This document shows positions 38,751-50,974 of a stretch of DNA of 64,000 nucleotides, in pieces. The DNA comes from Zootoca vivipara (taxonomy: Eukaryota): contig NC_083279.1 in NCBI RefSeq assembly GCF_963506605.1, forward strand, positions 22,878,001 to 22,942,000, read 5' to 3'. The notes beneath the pieces are model-generated. The model ran no database searches. It had not been told where the DNA came from and was given only the letters and a program-made list of their open reading frames with translations. Both the position numbers and the translations under genes were made by a program. How positions within the stretch are numbered: the stretch's first letter is position 1; each line of letters starts with the position of its first letter.

Positions 38751-40239
38751 TAGGAACCATGAGACACCCATATGCAGGGCATGGCTGTCAATATTTTTTA
38801 AAAGTTGGCCTGACACTTCTAACAGTAGCCTGATGAAGCTCCTTGCATCACTTTATCTCCAAGCCAGGAAAAACTTTAGCCTCCTTTGTGTGTGTGTTTG
38901 TGTGTGTCTGCCTCTAGGCTACAGCTAGAAGCAGATTAGCAGGGCCGATAAACAAGCAGGCAGGCCTGAAAACAGGGTGTGGGAAATGACTTGCAAGACA
39001 GAGCCTTGCAAGGAAACCCCCAGCTGTGTTACTGTGGGTCATTGCTTCACTCCTTTGCATAGGTGTCAGACAAGGCGAAAGGAAAACAACAGCCTTGCGA
39101 CTGCAGAAGCGGTTTGTGCAGAACTGCTGCTATCATTTCTGGCATCTGAGGAGCGTTCCTCAAAGTCCTCCTCGCTGAGAACAATTCCTGTCCCCCTTGT
39201 GTGAGAGATGCAAGTGGGTAAGGCGATACTTTTTATTGTGCCACCCTCTGTCTCCCTGGTGGCAGAGCCATTAATCACACACCGCTTCCCTCCTTGCAGA
39301 CGGGTGGCCTTTATGAAACCACAATTGTCCTTCTTGCAGGAAGCCTTAAATCATCTAAGTCGATTGACATCCAGGCAAAGCACCTCAGCGCTGGATACCT
39401 AACCCATGACCAAAGCCCCGCTTAGTCCTGCAATGCCTTTGTCCTGTTATAACTTATTAATTGGTTCCAGCCAGATCCTTCAGCTTCCTAATGGGCCATA
39501 GCTGCCATCTCTTGCCTTCACAGAGCTCCAGAATAAATCCTTCCTTTTCCAAGTTCCTTTATGGTGTTCAGTTCACTTCGTGGGAATAAAACACACACAG
39601 CAATATACACACATCTGTGACACAACTGCGAGGAAAGGAGAGTCCTGCATTATAACAAGAGGTGTATAGTTTGATGGGTTCATTCAAACCAACAGCCTTC
39701 ACCGTCACAGCTCTAGTCTCTGTTCATTCTGCCTGCCCAGAAGCTGCCTTTTCCCTCCTACTCTCATTCCAAGGCAACCCTTTCCCTCAGCTTCCTTAGC
39801 AAATCAAAAAGTATAGAACAAAAAACACAGTGGGGGAAGGAGAGCTTCTTGTGTCAGTTTCATCCAGCTTTGGAGAGAAACCACCAGTGCTATTTTTCTA
39901 GAACTCCCCACAAACACCTCCCTCGTTCTCTTAAAATGACAATGGCGTCCACCTGAGAGGTTCCAGAACTGAGTTCCGGCAAGTTCCGGCTGGAAAAAAA
40001 AGGCCTGGATGCTACCATTTTCCCCAATGTAGAGGTAGACTTATCATTAAGCCCTCTTATGGCAGTGGTGGGAAACTCTTGGAGGCCTGTTTAAGCCTAC
40101 TAGGCAAGCCATGCCCAGGTGTGGGACATCTTAAGGCACGACTGGGCCAAAAGGAGGATTGCAGACCCCCCCCACCCCCACCCGGCCTGATGCACAGAGC
40201 TTTGCAAGCTCTGGCAATCATTGTCAGGTTTAAAAGACC

Positions 40240-40906
40240 CCTTAAAATTGTCAATCAACAACTTCACTCTTGTGGTTTATCCCCACAACAGCTACTCACG
40301 GTGGGTTATAGTAAAGCAAACAGTCTAATTTGCCAACGCCTAAATGATATTGAGTGGCAGAACAACTTGGCCACAATAAGGAAATTTTGCCCATGGTATG
40401 ACCATTTTCCATCCTCCCACTTTGATTCTCTGGCACCCTATCTGTATAATCTAGCAATTCCAAAATATAGGTGTGCCTTTACCCTCACAAGATTGAATGT
40501 ATTGCCCTCAGCTGTACTTGAGGAATGATTTCAACACGAATGTCCCTGCGGGGATGGCAGCCCTGAATCAGTGGCGCATGCTCTCCTGGCATGCAGTCTT
40601 TACAAAGACCTGAGGAACAAGATTATCACCCCTCTTTTATTGTCCATTCCAGGTAGCCCAACTACTGCCACTGTGTCTTTTCTCCTGGCAGATCAAGAGG
40701 AGCAAATGACTGCAAAGGTTGCAAGGTTTCTAGCTGGGGCAATCAGAATAAGGCCCACTATTTGATTGCTGATTAAGGTCAGGACCCTAAACTGTGTTTT
40801 ATATACTGTACCGGTAATCAAATTTTTAATTTGTTCTGTGTACATCGCAAGGTTCTTTTGTTGCTATGTGGGATGGCTGATGCAAATAAAGTTTCATTCA
40901 TTCATT
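40240..40906 (+). mobile_element. Non-LTR retrotransposon 3' end (RTE-X-like) with C-terminal Cys/His knuckle
   Basis: YLYNLAIPKYRCAFTLTRLNVLPS...CPCGDGSPESVAHALLACSLYKDLR, broken by a stop. AATAAA is followed by a (CATT)3 tail. Confidence 0.75.
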
Positions 40907-41430
40907 GGCAAGACCCCTTCCTTTGCCTGAGGAATTGATTTCAAACCACACAGCCAAAAGTGGGTGACCTGGTTGGCAGCCCTGCCCACCTATCAATCTT
41001 GGCCCATGAAATAGGGGAGATAAGGATCCAGGCAGTTCGAGGATGTTGTCGCCTGCACAGTAACAAACAGCATCTTCAAGTTTCAGCCACTTGCAATTTA
41101 CACTTTTCTTCCTGTAAACAAAAAAACAAAAACAAGAAGCGCACAGGGCATAAAACATTCAACGGCATTTATTGATTTTTGCCATGATGTTTTTCAAAGT
41201 TTCTGACAATCTGCGTTAAGTTTTCTAACGCTTTGAGTTTAAAGCACAGGGTTTGTTTGTTTGTTTGTTTGTTTGTTTGTTTGTTTTGAATTGAAAATAA
41301 AAGAAATGGCTTTTTAAAAGAACAGAAATGGTTATTCCAGAGCAGGAGAGTGCTTACCCACAAGCAAGAAGGTACAAATTACTGCTCCATTATTACTAGT
41401 AGGATTTAATGGAGGTGCAAGGCTAGCATG

Positions 41431-41651
41431 CAGGGGCGTAGGAAGATAGGGGCGGTGGGGGCGCCCGTCCCACCCCCCAAATGCCTGCCCCGCCCCCAGA
41501 AGGCGTGTCACGCCCCTCTGGGAGATGCTCCCCACCCCCAGAACTGCGCCACGCCCCTCCGGGAGGCATGCCGTGCCCCTGGGAGGCGTGCTGTGCCCCA
41601 GAATGGGCACCAGCCCTGCCCCCGGTGCCAGAGCATGAAGCTCCGCCACTG
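41431..41651. mobile_element. GC-rich hAT MITE
   Basis: CAGGGGCGTAG / CTCCGCCACTG TIRs, TSD CTAGC(A/C)TG and internal gcccct..gggag subrepeats. Confidence 0.8.
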
Positions 41652-41798
41652 CTAGCCTGAAAAACTTTGTTCCCTGATCTTCTTAAGTTCACAGATGATG
41701 GGAGAACATTCCACCTCTGCCTCCTTATCCAGCTGACAATCATTAGAACCGAAGGGAAGTTTCTTTAAATCTGCTGAGACACCAGCAGAATTCATTTT

Positions 41799-42057
41799 CA
41801 GTACTAAGGTACTTTCCCCACAAAACACATTGAATTTCCTCAGAGCAAAACTACTTCTCATTTCTTAGAGTGTTAGGGTACTTTTCCCGCAGAATAGTTT
41901 TCCCGGAGCAAAACCACTCCTCAATTCCTACAGTACTAAGGTACTTTCCCCACAAAACACATTTGATTACGCACAGAGCAAAACAGCTTATCATTTCTTA
42001 TAGTGCCAGGTTATCTTTTCCAAAGAATACTTTTCCCAGAGCAAACTACAGTACTAA
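41799..42057. repeat. Minisatellite, ~65-bp unit x4 arranged as a 132-bp dimer x2
   Basis: CAGTACTAAGGTACTTTCCCCACAAAACACATT at 41799 and 41931, and CAGTACTAA again at 42049. Confidence 0.85.
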
Positions 42058-42767
42058 CCCCCCCCCCCCCCCCGCCACTGAGTGCTGCATCTCATGTAGG
42101 CTTTTCTGAAACTTGTGCTAATTGCTAGAGAGCTACCCTACTTGCTAATCTAGCCAAACTGGTTCTTTCCAGTAGAAAAATGCAAAAGCAAAACAGTAAT
42201 TAAAAGTATCCAGATAATGTCACATTAGTTTTGCTTTGAGCATTATACCTCTGTGGGGTTTTTTCTCCCCCCTTGTTGAAAACAAGGAGTCTCCATTTCC
42301 AACAAATTTGCTTATAGCATCTAACCTATCTGAAAATGATTCATTCTGAAATGGCCCCATGTGCGTGTCTTTTGATGTTTAAAGTTTATTGTAAATTTGA
42401 CAGTGTTGCACAAATTTCTCTTTGCCAACCAGGATTTACTGGCATTTGTCCTGATAGTTTTATTGACCTTATTGTAATTTGGTAGGCTGTTATTTCACCT
42501 TGCAGTGTTCTTTTGAAAGTGTGGCCTATTTCGGAAGATAGTAATGTAAAACAACGCTCACAATCTCTCACTCTGAGAAAGGACCCCTCACAGAGAGTGA
42601 GGAATGTCATGCCCATGCCACTGCCACTTTGACAGCAGTATATGCCCAGGTGCCCCCTGACTATGATTTTTTTAAAAAAGATATAAGAAGAATGAAGGAT
42701 GTTCCATTGTGAGCCCTGACATGTAGGCCAAACCTAGTGCTCAGGTTGGGTCTGTTTGACTCTACGC

Positions 42768-42903
42768 CAGGCATCCCCAAACTTCGGCTCTCCAGATGTT
42801 TTGGACTATGATTCCCATCTTCCCCAACCACTGGTCCTGTTAGCTAAGGATCATGGGAGTTGTAGGCCAAAATATCTGGAGGGCCGCAGTTTGGGGATGC
42901 CTG
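42768..42903. mobile_element. 136-bp hAT-Charlie-like MITE
   Basis: CAGGCATCCCCAAACT TIRs and TSD CTCTACGC. Confidence 0.92.
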
Positions 42904-42911
42904 CTCTACGC

Positions 42912-43256
42912 CATACCTGCCAAGTTCCAGCCTGAGAAATAAGGGACTGGACCGGAAGTAGCAGACCGGAAGTAGCGCTGCTGCCATTTTGGAACTGGGT
43001 GGAGCATGCTCAGAAGCGACTTTTGATGCTGCTCTGCCCTGTTCCAAAATGGCCGTTGCACCAGACGTCGCGCTGCAGCTATTTTGGAACTGGGCAAAGC
43101 AGCATCAAAAGTCGCTTCTGAGCATGCTCCGCCTAGTTCCAAAATGGCCACCGCGCCAGAATAAACCGGGGGGAAACAAAAAAACCCATTTTTTTGGCTG
43201 GGGACAGCTGGAAAAACGGGGGTTTCCCGGGGAATACGAGAGACTTGGCAGCTATG
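42912..43256 (+). mobile_element. hAT MITE (CATA-ended), long form
   Basis: Same TIRs as 1123-1380 and TSD CTCTACGC. Confidence 0.9.
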
Positions 43257-44571
43257 CTCTACGCCTCAGCTGTTTCCAGCTCTCTGTGTGGTCATTTGAA
43301 GAACTGCTAGGTCCACAGTTCAGCACCAGCACTGTTTTCAGAGTGCTGGATAAAAAATTTTTTGCAGGAAAGTAAAACAGCCACCTTGAAAAAGGCAGAA
43401 AAAAATAGAAACCCCTTTCGCAGGGGAAGAACACTTTTTTAAAATACTGGAAGATGGATTTTAGCACAGCATTAACAGGTATAAATATTCAAAACATGCC
43501 CTATTTCAAATTTTGTCACTGAAAATTGCAAGCATATCGTGAGAACACCACAGGCATATTAAGACCTTCCAAGGCTGCAAAGTGGAACGGCTGAATTTAA
43601 GTCACCTTTTAAATTTTACGTTTTGTCTCTGTGTTGAAGGAACATGGCATAAACATCATGTTTCTACCAGATGCAAAGGAGAAATGGATAAAAATGCTTG
43701 TGTTAGTACATTTTTGGCATACAGGCCCCTTGCTGCTTTATCCTAAAAATATTTACACTAAGGGGGGATTGACTAAATAAAATAACCTACTGCTGTAAAG
43801 CAGGATGACAACATGGGGAGAAAGGGGAGAGGCATCTAAGTTGAAAGAACAGTCAGTGTGTTGGTATAAATGTAGTCACGTAATAACACAAACTGAACTG
43901 GCTGGAGTTCTGTAGAGGCACACTTGGATTTTATTGTTAACGTGGCACACTGTTACAAAAATAATCCCATTGCTGGTGCCTACCTGACAAATGCACAACA
44001 CACTAAGAGCACCACAGGTTCTAGTCTCATCTGTGCTCACTTTTTGATTTCTACCAAAGTTGCCATGCAGATCCACACCAATTGTTTAAAGCACAAGACT
44101 TCCCCCAAAGAACCCTGGGAACTCATAGAGCAACCGTTTCCAGCATCTTCAACAAACTCCAGTTCCCAGGATTCTTTGTGGGAAGTCGAGCTTTCATAGA
44201 ACTGTACAGTTGGAAGGGTCCTCTAGTCCCAAACCCTGCAATGCAGGGAAAAATGTGATTTCATGGCGTGGATCTGTCCAGAGTGAATCAAGATTAAACT
44301 TTATTTGAACTTTAAGCCTAGTTTTAAAGCACCTTCAGTGCATTCAGCCCAAATGAATCTTTCTCTCCCAGGTTAAAGCTCTAGAGCTAAAACAAAGCGT
44401 CTCTACCCATTTGCAGAAGAAATCTTGGCTGCGCACAATGCTGATTCGGCTGCCATTTCGTGATGTCACAAAGAAAACTCCTCACTGCTCCTCAGTGCAG
44501 TTTTACACTTTAAAAGATGTTGTTAAGAAGGCAGGCTCTGAACAAACAAATAGATAAAGGTAGATGAGATG

Positions 44572-45481
44572 CCTGTTGTCTTTGTCCATGGAGTTTTCTT
44601 GGCAGGGATGCTGGAGTGGCTTGCCAGTTCCTGCTCCAGGTGGATCCAGGTGGATCACGTTTAGTCAAAACTCTCCACTATGACCTGTCCATGTTGGGTT
44701 GCCCTGCACGGCAAAGCTCATAGCTTCTCCGAGTTGTTCAAGCCCCTTCGCCATGACAAGGCAGTGATCCATGAAGGAGATGCCAAAGAATGTTCCAACT
44801 ACTGCACAATTGCGCTCATTTCACACGCTAGCAAGGTTATACTTAAAATTCCACAAGGCAGGCTTAAGCAGTATGTGGACCGAGAACTCCCAGAAGTGCA
44901 AGCTGGATTTCAAAGGGGCAGAGGAACCAGAGACCAAATAGCAAGCATGTGCTGGATCATTGACTACGCAAAAGCCTTTGACTGTGTTGACCACAGCAAA
45001 CTATGGCAAGTTCTTAAAGAAATGGGAGTGCCTGATCACCTCATCTGTCTCCTGAGAAATCTCTATGTGGGACAAGAAGCTAAGTTAGAACTGGATATGG
45101 AATAACTGATTGGTTCAAAATTGGGAAAGGAGTACGACAAGGCTGTATATTGCCTCCCTGCTTATTTAACTTATGTACAGAATCATGAGAAAGGCTGGAC
45201 TGAATGAATCCCAAATTGGAATTAAGATTGCCGGAAGAAATATCAACAACCTCAGATATGCTGATGATACAACCTTGATGGCAGAAAGTGAGGAGGAATT
45301 AAAGAACCTTTTAATGAGGGTGAAAGAGGAGAGCGCAAAATATGGTCTGAAGCTCAACATCAAAAAAACCAAGATCATGGCCACTGGTCCCATCACCTCC
45401 TGGCAAATAGAAGGGGAAGAAATGGAGGCAGTGAGAGATTTTACTTTCTTGGGGTCCATGATCACTGCAGATAGTGACAGC
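44572..45481 (+). mobile_element. BovB (RTE) LINE, internally deleted, RT remnant
   Basis: ORFs contain IALISHASKV...QAGFQRGRGTRDQI...DYAKAFDCVDH and NNLRYADDTTLMAESEEELK, with frameshifts and deletions. Confidence 0.92.
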
Positions 45482-48400
45482 TGACACCTGGGCTACAGGG
45501 TCCCTGCCCCTGTTTCAAGAGCAGAGATCCAGGTCTGAAACAGCAGGCTAGAGGTGAGATTCAAGGCAGCAGCATTCTATGACTATCAGCTGACTCACCT
45601 GGGGAACACAGGCTTTTCACTTCAGTCTGTATTTCAAAGTCATTTATTCAAAACAAATTAATTATTATTCCCTGTCCTGCCTAGGGATTGCTCTCTCATA
45701 AGAAATGGCTCAGACTTTTGGGGTACACATTTACAGAGCAATCCTAACCCCAATCAGGTGGGATGAAGCAGTATTGCTAAAGCTCACACTGCCCAGGACA
45801 GAAAATGGGGGTAGGCTGGGCGATACATTGCCCCCAAACTATTTTGAAGTCCATATTGTGGTATCGGTTTCATAATTTTCAACCTGGAAATAATATCGCA
45901 AATCATGTTGTGTGGGTGGGTGTGCTAAATATTTGAGGGTATGGTAGGCGGGGGGGGGGGAGCTGCCACCCCCTAGATTAAGTAAATAAATAAAAGTAGA
46001 AATAATCAGAATATTTGAAAATGCTCAATGATGTTACTTGGGTGATTTTGTGGCACATTCTAGCGAAGCGACTGGCAACCTGACTGAGCGATGGACAAAG
46101 CCAGACAGAGGATGGTGACAGGTGGGTGTCCTGTAACCCCCCCCCCTAACATGCCATGTTGAGGTAAAGATCGGATTTTCCCTAGGGAAAGTGGTGGGAC
46201 AAGTGAAAGTCTGGGTGAACCCTAAGTGGAAACAAAGCAGTGTGTGTGTGTAATCATTTGGCAAGCAGTCTGTAGCCTTCTGTTAAGAGATAAGATTCTT
46301 ACTGTTGCTTCTTCAGATTTCTTATCAGGTAGCTGTAGTGCAGTAAAATTTCTCCGTACCACTTTGCAGGATGATCCAATCTGATCTATATCTCAATCTC
46401 TATCTAGATCTCTGCAAATGTGAAGACTTGAAAGCTGTTTGGGAAACATATCCCAATCAATTTTTTTAAAGTGCAGATTTCTTTTGATGCACAAGGGGAG
46501 AAAGAAGAATATAAATACCCAAAGTTGTACAACATGCAAAGACATTTATTATAAGATGCTGAATATAGAGAAGTTTTGAGCTACTTGTTCTTCCTTTGGG
46601 AAATACTAAAAATAAAATGCCATCTTTATTCACAATCTGCTTAAGTAGAAAATATGCAGCCTAAAAAAAACACTGCTGGAGAGATAGCCAAATTTCAGCC
46701 TATACGACCAAATATTTGGGAAACCATCTAACAAGCATTATCAACAGCAGGAGATATTGGCAATTACAAAATCTGTTCACAGAGAACTCCACAAATTAAG
46801 AAAGGTTTATAAGAACCCTTCACAATAGAATATGTTTCACAAGTCATGTCCCATGTGATCATCGGAGTCTTCTATCCCAAAAGAGGAAAGCCGAGGGTTT
46901 GGGTGGTGAAAAGGCAGGGGAGTGTTTCAAGAAAAGAAGGAAACTGATGGAGTCTGAGAAGAGGTCGGGACTACTGAAAACCCTTTGTTTCTCAGACTCA
47001 GCTACCCTACCCCTGTCACCAGAGACAGAGAGAGAAGGGCCTCAGAAGTAGCTCCTGATTTAGAGTTTTAAAAGTCATAGCCAGAACCTTGAACTGAGCC
47101 CAGAAACAAGTTGGCAACTGATGAAGGTGACTGTCATAATCACCTTTAATTTTTATTTTTTTAAAAATGGTGTGAAATGTGATAAAAACAACACAGAACG
47201 TCAGCAGCACGACATTGTATATTTAGCTCAGTCTGCAATCCCCAAGACCTCATGGAACAGAAGGTTTTTCACCAATCTTCTAAAAGTCCTCCAAGACCTT
47301 GAGCCTTCCCGGGAGATCTATTAAAAAGGCACCACCACAAAGAGAAATTTGGAAGAGAATATAACTGGGGTTCAGACACTACTTAAGACTTTAAGTCAGC
47401 ACTAGTGAAACTGCATGCTCCCTGCCGCTTCCTCCAGTAAAATACCACATTGCCAGCCAAAGTGTTTGAACAGCTCTCAAAGGTAACCTCACACAAGGCA
47501 CATTGCTGTAATCAAGCTCAGAGCTCCTTAGGGCTTGAATGACAAGAGGCTAGAGATCCCTAGGTCAGGAACACTACAGTGAAGCAACAGAGTTACTAAT
47601 GTCTTTCCTAGGTCTAAAGTCAAACTAGCAATATCCAGGTACTGTAGTAAGAAATAGTTTTAAGTCTTCCCCTCTGTGCTTACAGGATCGTCCTCAGTTT
47701 CATATGCTGTGGTTTGGGTCCGGGACAACCAAGAACCCCAATCACACCAGTTCCCGCAGCTTTGGTTTGCTAGCCCATCTCACACGGTACTTGTTGCTTT
47801 TGCAAGCTTGTGCCTTCGACTGAAGCAATGAAAATGTCATTTGTGGATGTTGGAAAACAAAGAAAATCCCTGATGGATGCACTGTTTGACTTTATTAGTG
47901 CAGACCTCTCGATTCATTGTTCACCAGTCATATGTCATTTGGCTAAGGAGATATGTCTCTATTTAAGTTATAGTGTAGTTCTCGGTCTTCTTTAGTACAC
48001 GTTCTATGGCTAGGCCCCAAATCGATAAGCCTTTCCACCGAAAAAGACTACAGCATAGAAAGAAAGGTTCAAGAGCTATAGCAACCAGGCATTTAGGGTG
48101 CTCACTGGGGGGAGGGGGGAATCATTTGTATTGAGGCAACACCATGTTTTCCTTGATTTTCTTTTTAACATACCAGGTTGCACATCTTATGCACAATCTG
48201 TGAGCTGCTTGTTCCTTCCTTTAATAGATTCTTGCTCCTTTTTAGGGTAGACCACAACTGTGCATTATCATTTTATTTTCCACTTAGAGCCTATTGATTC
48301 AGCCCAGGCTCATGCTAGAGAAACAAGCTTCATAATGAGGTAGTAAATTCTGCTTTTGTTCTCATTTGATAATTAATAGTGCCATGTCAGCAGCAGTTTA

Positions 48401-48550
48401 AAATGCAAGTACATCTTTCCCTTCAAGTTATAAAACATGGGTTGTAAGTCAGCCAGCTTTATGCTGGGTATGTTTTCTAAAAGGTGAATTGCTTCTGCAG
48501 AGTGCTGGTTGCAGTTACTTGGGAATACTTGGCTTGGGAATATGGGGAGA

Positions 48551-48688
48551 CTCTGGGGTAGCCCAGTTGGCAGAGCATGAGATACTTAATCTTAAGGTTG
48601 CGAGTTCAAGCCCCACATTGGGCAAAAGGATTCCTGCATTGGTTGGACGAGATGACCCTCGTGGTCTCTTCGAATTCTATGATTCTAC
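48551..48688 (+). mobile_element. tRNA-Lys(CTT)-derived SINE with CR1-like 3' tail
   Basis: Head tagcccagttggcagagcatgagatacttaatcttaaggttgcgagttcaagccccacattgggc aligns by eye to tRNA-Lys(CTT). Tail ttggacgagatgaccctc...attctatgattcta is CR1-like. Confidence 0.8.
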
Positions 48689-49254
48689 AAAGTCAGTGTA
48701 GCTAAGGGTTGCCCTCAAAGACTGGCTGTGGTTCTCCAGGTCTTTCTCAACCCTACCCAGAGATGCCACCGATTGAACCAATAACCTCTACATGCAAACT
48801 ATGTGGTTTACCACTGAATTATGGTCCTGCTGAGTTTCACAGTCCATAATCCAAACAATATTGTAGCCTTTTTATCAGTGGGCTCAGATTCTCATTATTC
48901 TAACCAATAATCATGTCATGTCCGCAAATGCATAATTTAAGCCACATGCCCTGATACAGTTCAACCAGCTCCATGCTGAAAACTTTCACATCTCTAAACA
49001 TGTTTTGCTGAATGAAAGGATTGTGTGATCTTTGAAATCACACAGGATGTACAGTACAGTACATGGAAATACAAGGGTCTTGAACATACTGCAAGGCCCA
49101 TGTAGTCTAGTGAACAGCCATACACTGAAGCATTGGGAGACCAGGATTCAAATTTCAGTTCAATCATACACTTAATGGGTTTTAAACAGTGTGAGTAGCA
49201 GAACTAAAATATGCAGGACATGCAAATGCTACAGAAGCAAACAAGTGCCTAAGT

Positions 49255-49390
49255 CAGGCATCCCCAAACTTCGGCCCTCCAGATGTTTTGGGCTACAATT
49301 CCCATCACCCCCAACCACTGGTCCTGTTAGCTAGGGATCATGGGAGTTGTAGGCCAAAACATCTGGAGGGCCGCAGTTTGGGGATGCCTG
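49255..49390. mobile_element. 136-bp hAT-Charlie-like MITE
   Basis: CAGGCATCCCCAAACT TIRs and TSD GCCTAAGT. Confidence 0.92.
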
Positions 49391-50974
49391 GCCTAAGTGG
49401 ACAGTGAAAATGAAATGATAGGTATTAGCATGGAATTAGCATACCAAAATCAAACTCTCTGTGTGATGACTGCCAGAGATTTATATGATGCTGGATAGCT
49501 GAGGTATCATAATGAAATGAAAATGTTCATTTATCTCCAAAAGGCAATCAGCTGAATTAATGTGGGTGCTGCCATTCTGTGCTTGGGACTCACAAGAAAA
49601 TGAGACATCACCAACTTCCTCAAGTGTGAACTTACTAAAGTTCTGTTTGTTTTGAAGATTCTCTAACAAGGACTGAGCCTTCAGCAGTGGCTGAAATTAG
49701 GACTAATTTTGCATTAGATACATTCTACTCCAGAAGTGTTTAGTGGGACAAATCTGGATACCATTAACAGGGGAAGGCATTAAGCATCAATTAAGCAGAA
49801 AATACTGTCCACCACATTTTCTTCAAGTACTGCTCCTTTGTGGCTACAAATCTGCCAACCTAGAGGCAAGGGTCAGTGGGACCAACTTCTGAATGGACAT
49901 CTATAGGATGCAATAACAATTCTAAAGATTTCTAGAATGGTTGCTGCAAAATTCTAATAATATGCTCATTATTCCCAAGAATGAGAAGATAAGCACTGGT
50001 GAATCAACACAGGATGAAGTGGTTGAACCTGGAGTCAAGATTCTTTGTCAAGCTGCACAATAGAGAAGTCAACGATTCCTTGAGATCTACTTGTATGACT
50101 ATCGCACACAAGTGGACTGGCAGCTGAGAGTACAGGTAAACCACAGCTATGAAAACTTCTACCAACAGAAAGAGCGGCATATCTCCAAAGTATAAGACTC
50201 TGGGTTGCTTTGTGGCAGATCTGCACACACTAGATCCAGATCAGTGAAAATTAAAAAAGGAAAAGGAAAAGAAGTTCATTCCTATGGTTTCAGATTTTAA
50301 AAATCTGTTCTTGGTGATATTCTTCTAAAGGAATAACCAAAGCACCTACATGGTGCAAGGCTGCTTGCTTTATAAATACTGTATGGCTTAAAAGGCATGC
50401 CATCGTAAGGTGGTTGCCACCATGAGAGATGTTGCAAACTTGATTACAAATGATGGAATCAATAGGATGTGTGGTTCATGCCACAAGTAACCATCAGCCA
50501 AATACAGCAGCAGGGAATCTCAGGTCATGGAGCCAAATGGAGGCTCTCTTGAGCCTCATTTTCCAGCCCAGGCACACCCTACATCTCTCTCCATACCACT
50601 CTGTTCTCATTGGCTCTGCTCTGTCTCCATCTTGACTGCTCTTGCCTGGCTGGAATGTGTCCTTGTACTATGATAAAGCCTCTGGCTTGGTTGGGTGTAG
50701 CACCTGACAGTTGCACAGCTGGAATGCAGCGTACTGTACAAAGCGGAATATAAAATCAATCGCCCTACTCAGGACACCCACAGGCCAGGCCCCCCCTGCA
50801 TGCAGAGCCAGGAAATTTGATCACAATGGAATGTAACACTCTTGCTGGTCAAGGTTCCTTCGTCCTGGCTGGGGTGTGGAAATGGGTGTCTCCAAACTCC
50901 CCAGTGGATATGGCCCAAACTGAAGTGGGTGAGCAGGGGGGCAGGGAACCAAATAAGATCCGTAGAAGGCATTG

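Noticed and set aside
41431-41651. CpG-rich patch resembling a promoter island
   Set aside because: It is bounded by TIRs and an 8-bp TSD, so it is a MITE.
41799-42057. CRISPR-like repeat-spacer pattern
   Set aside because: The sequence between the repeats is itself repeated, the context is eukaryotic and there are no cas genes. It is a minisatellite.
48551-48625. Possible tRNA-Lys gene
   Set aside because: The stems are mismatched and it continues into a CR1-like tail, so it is a SINE head.
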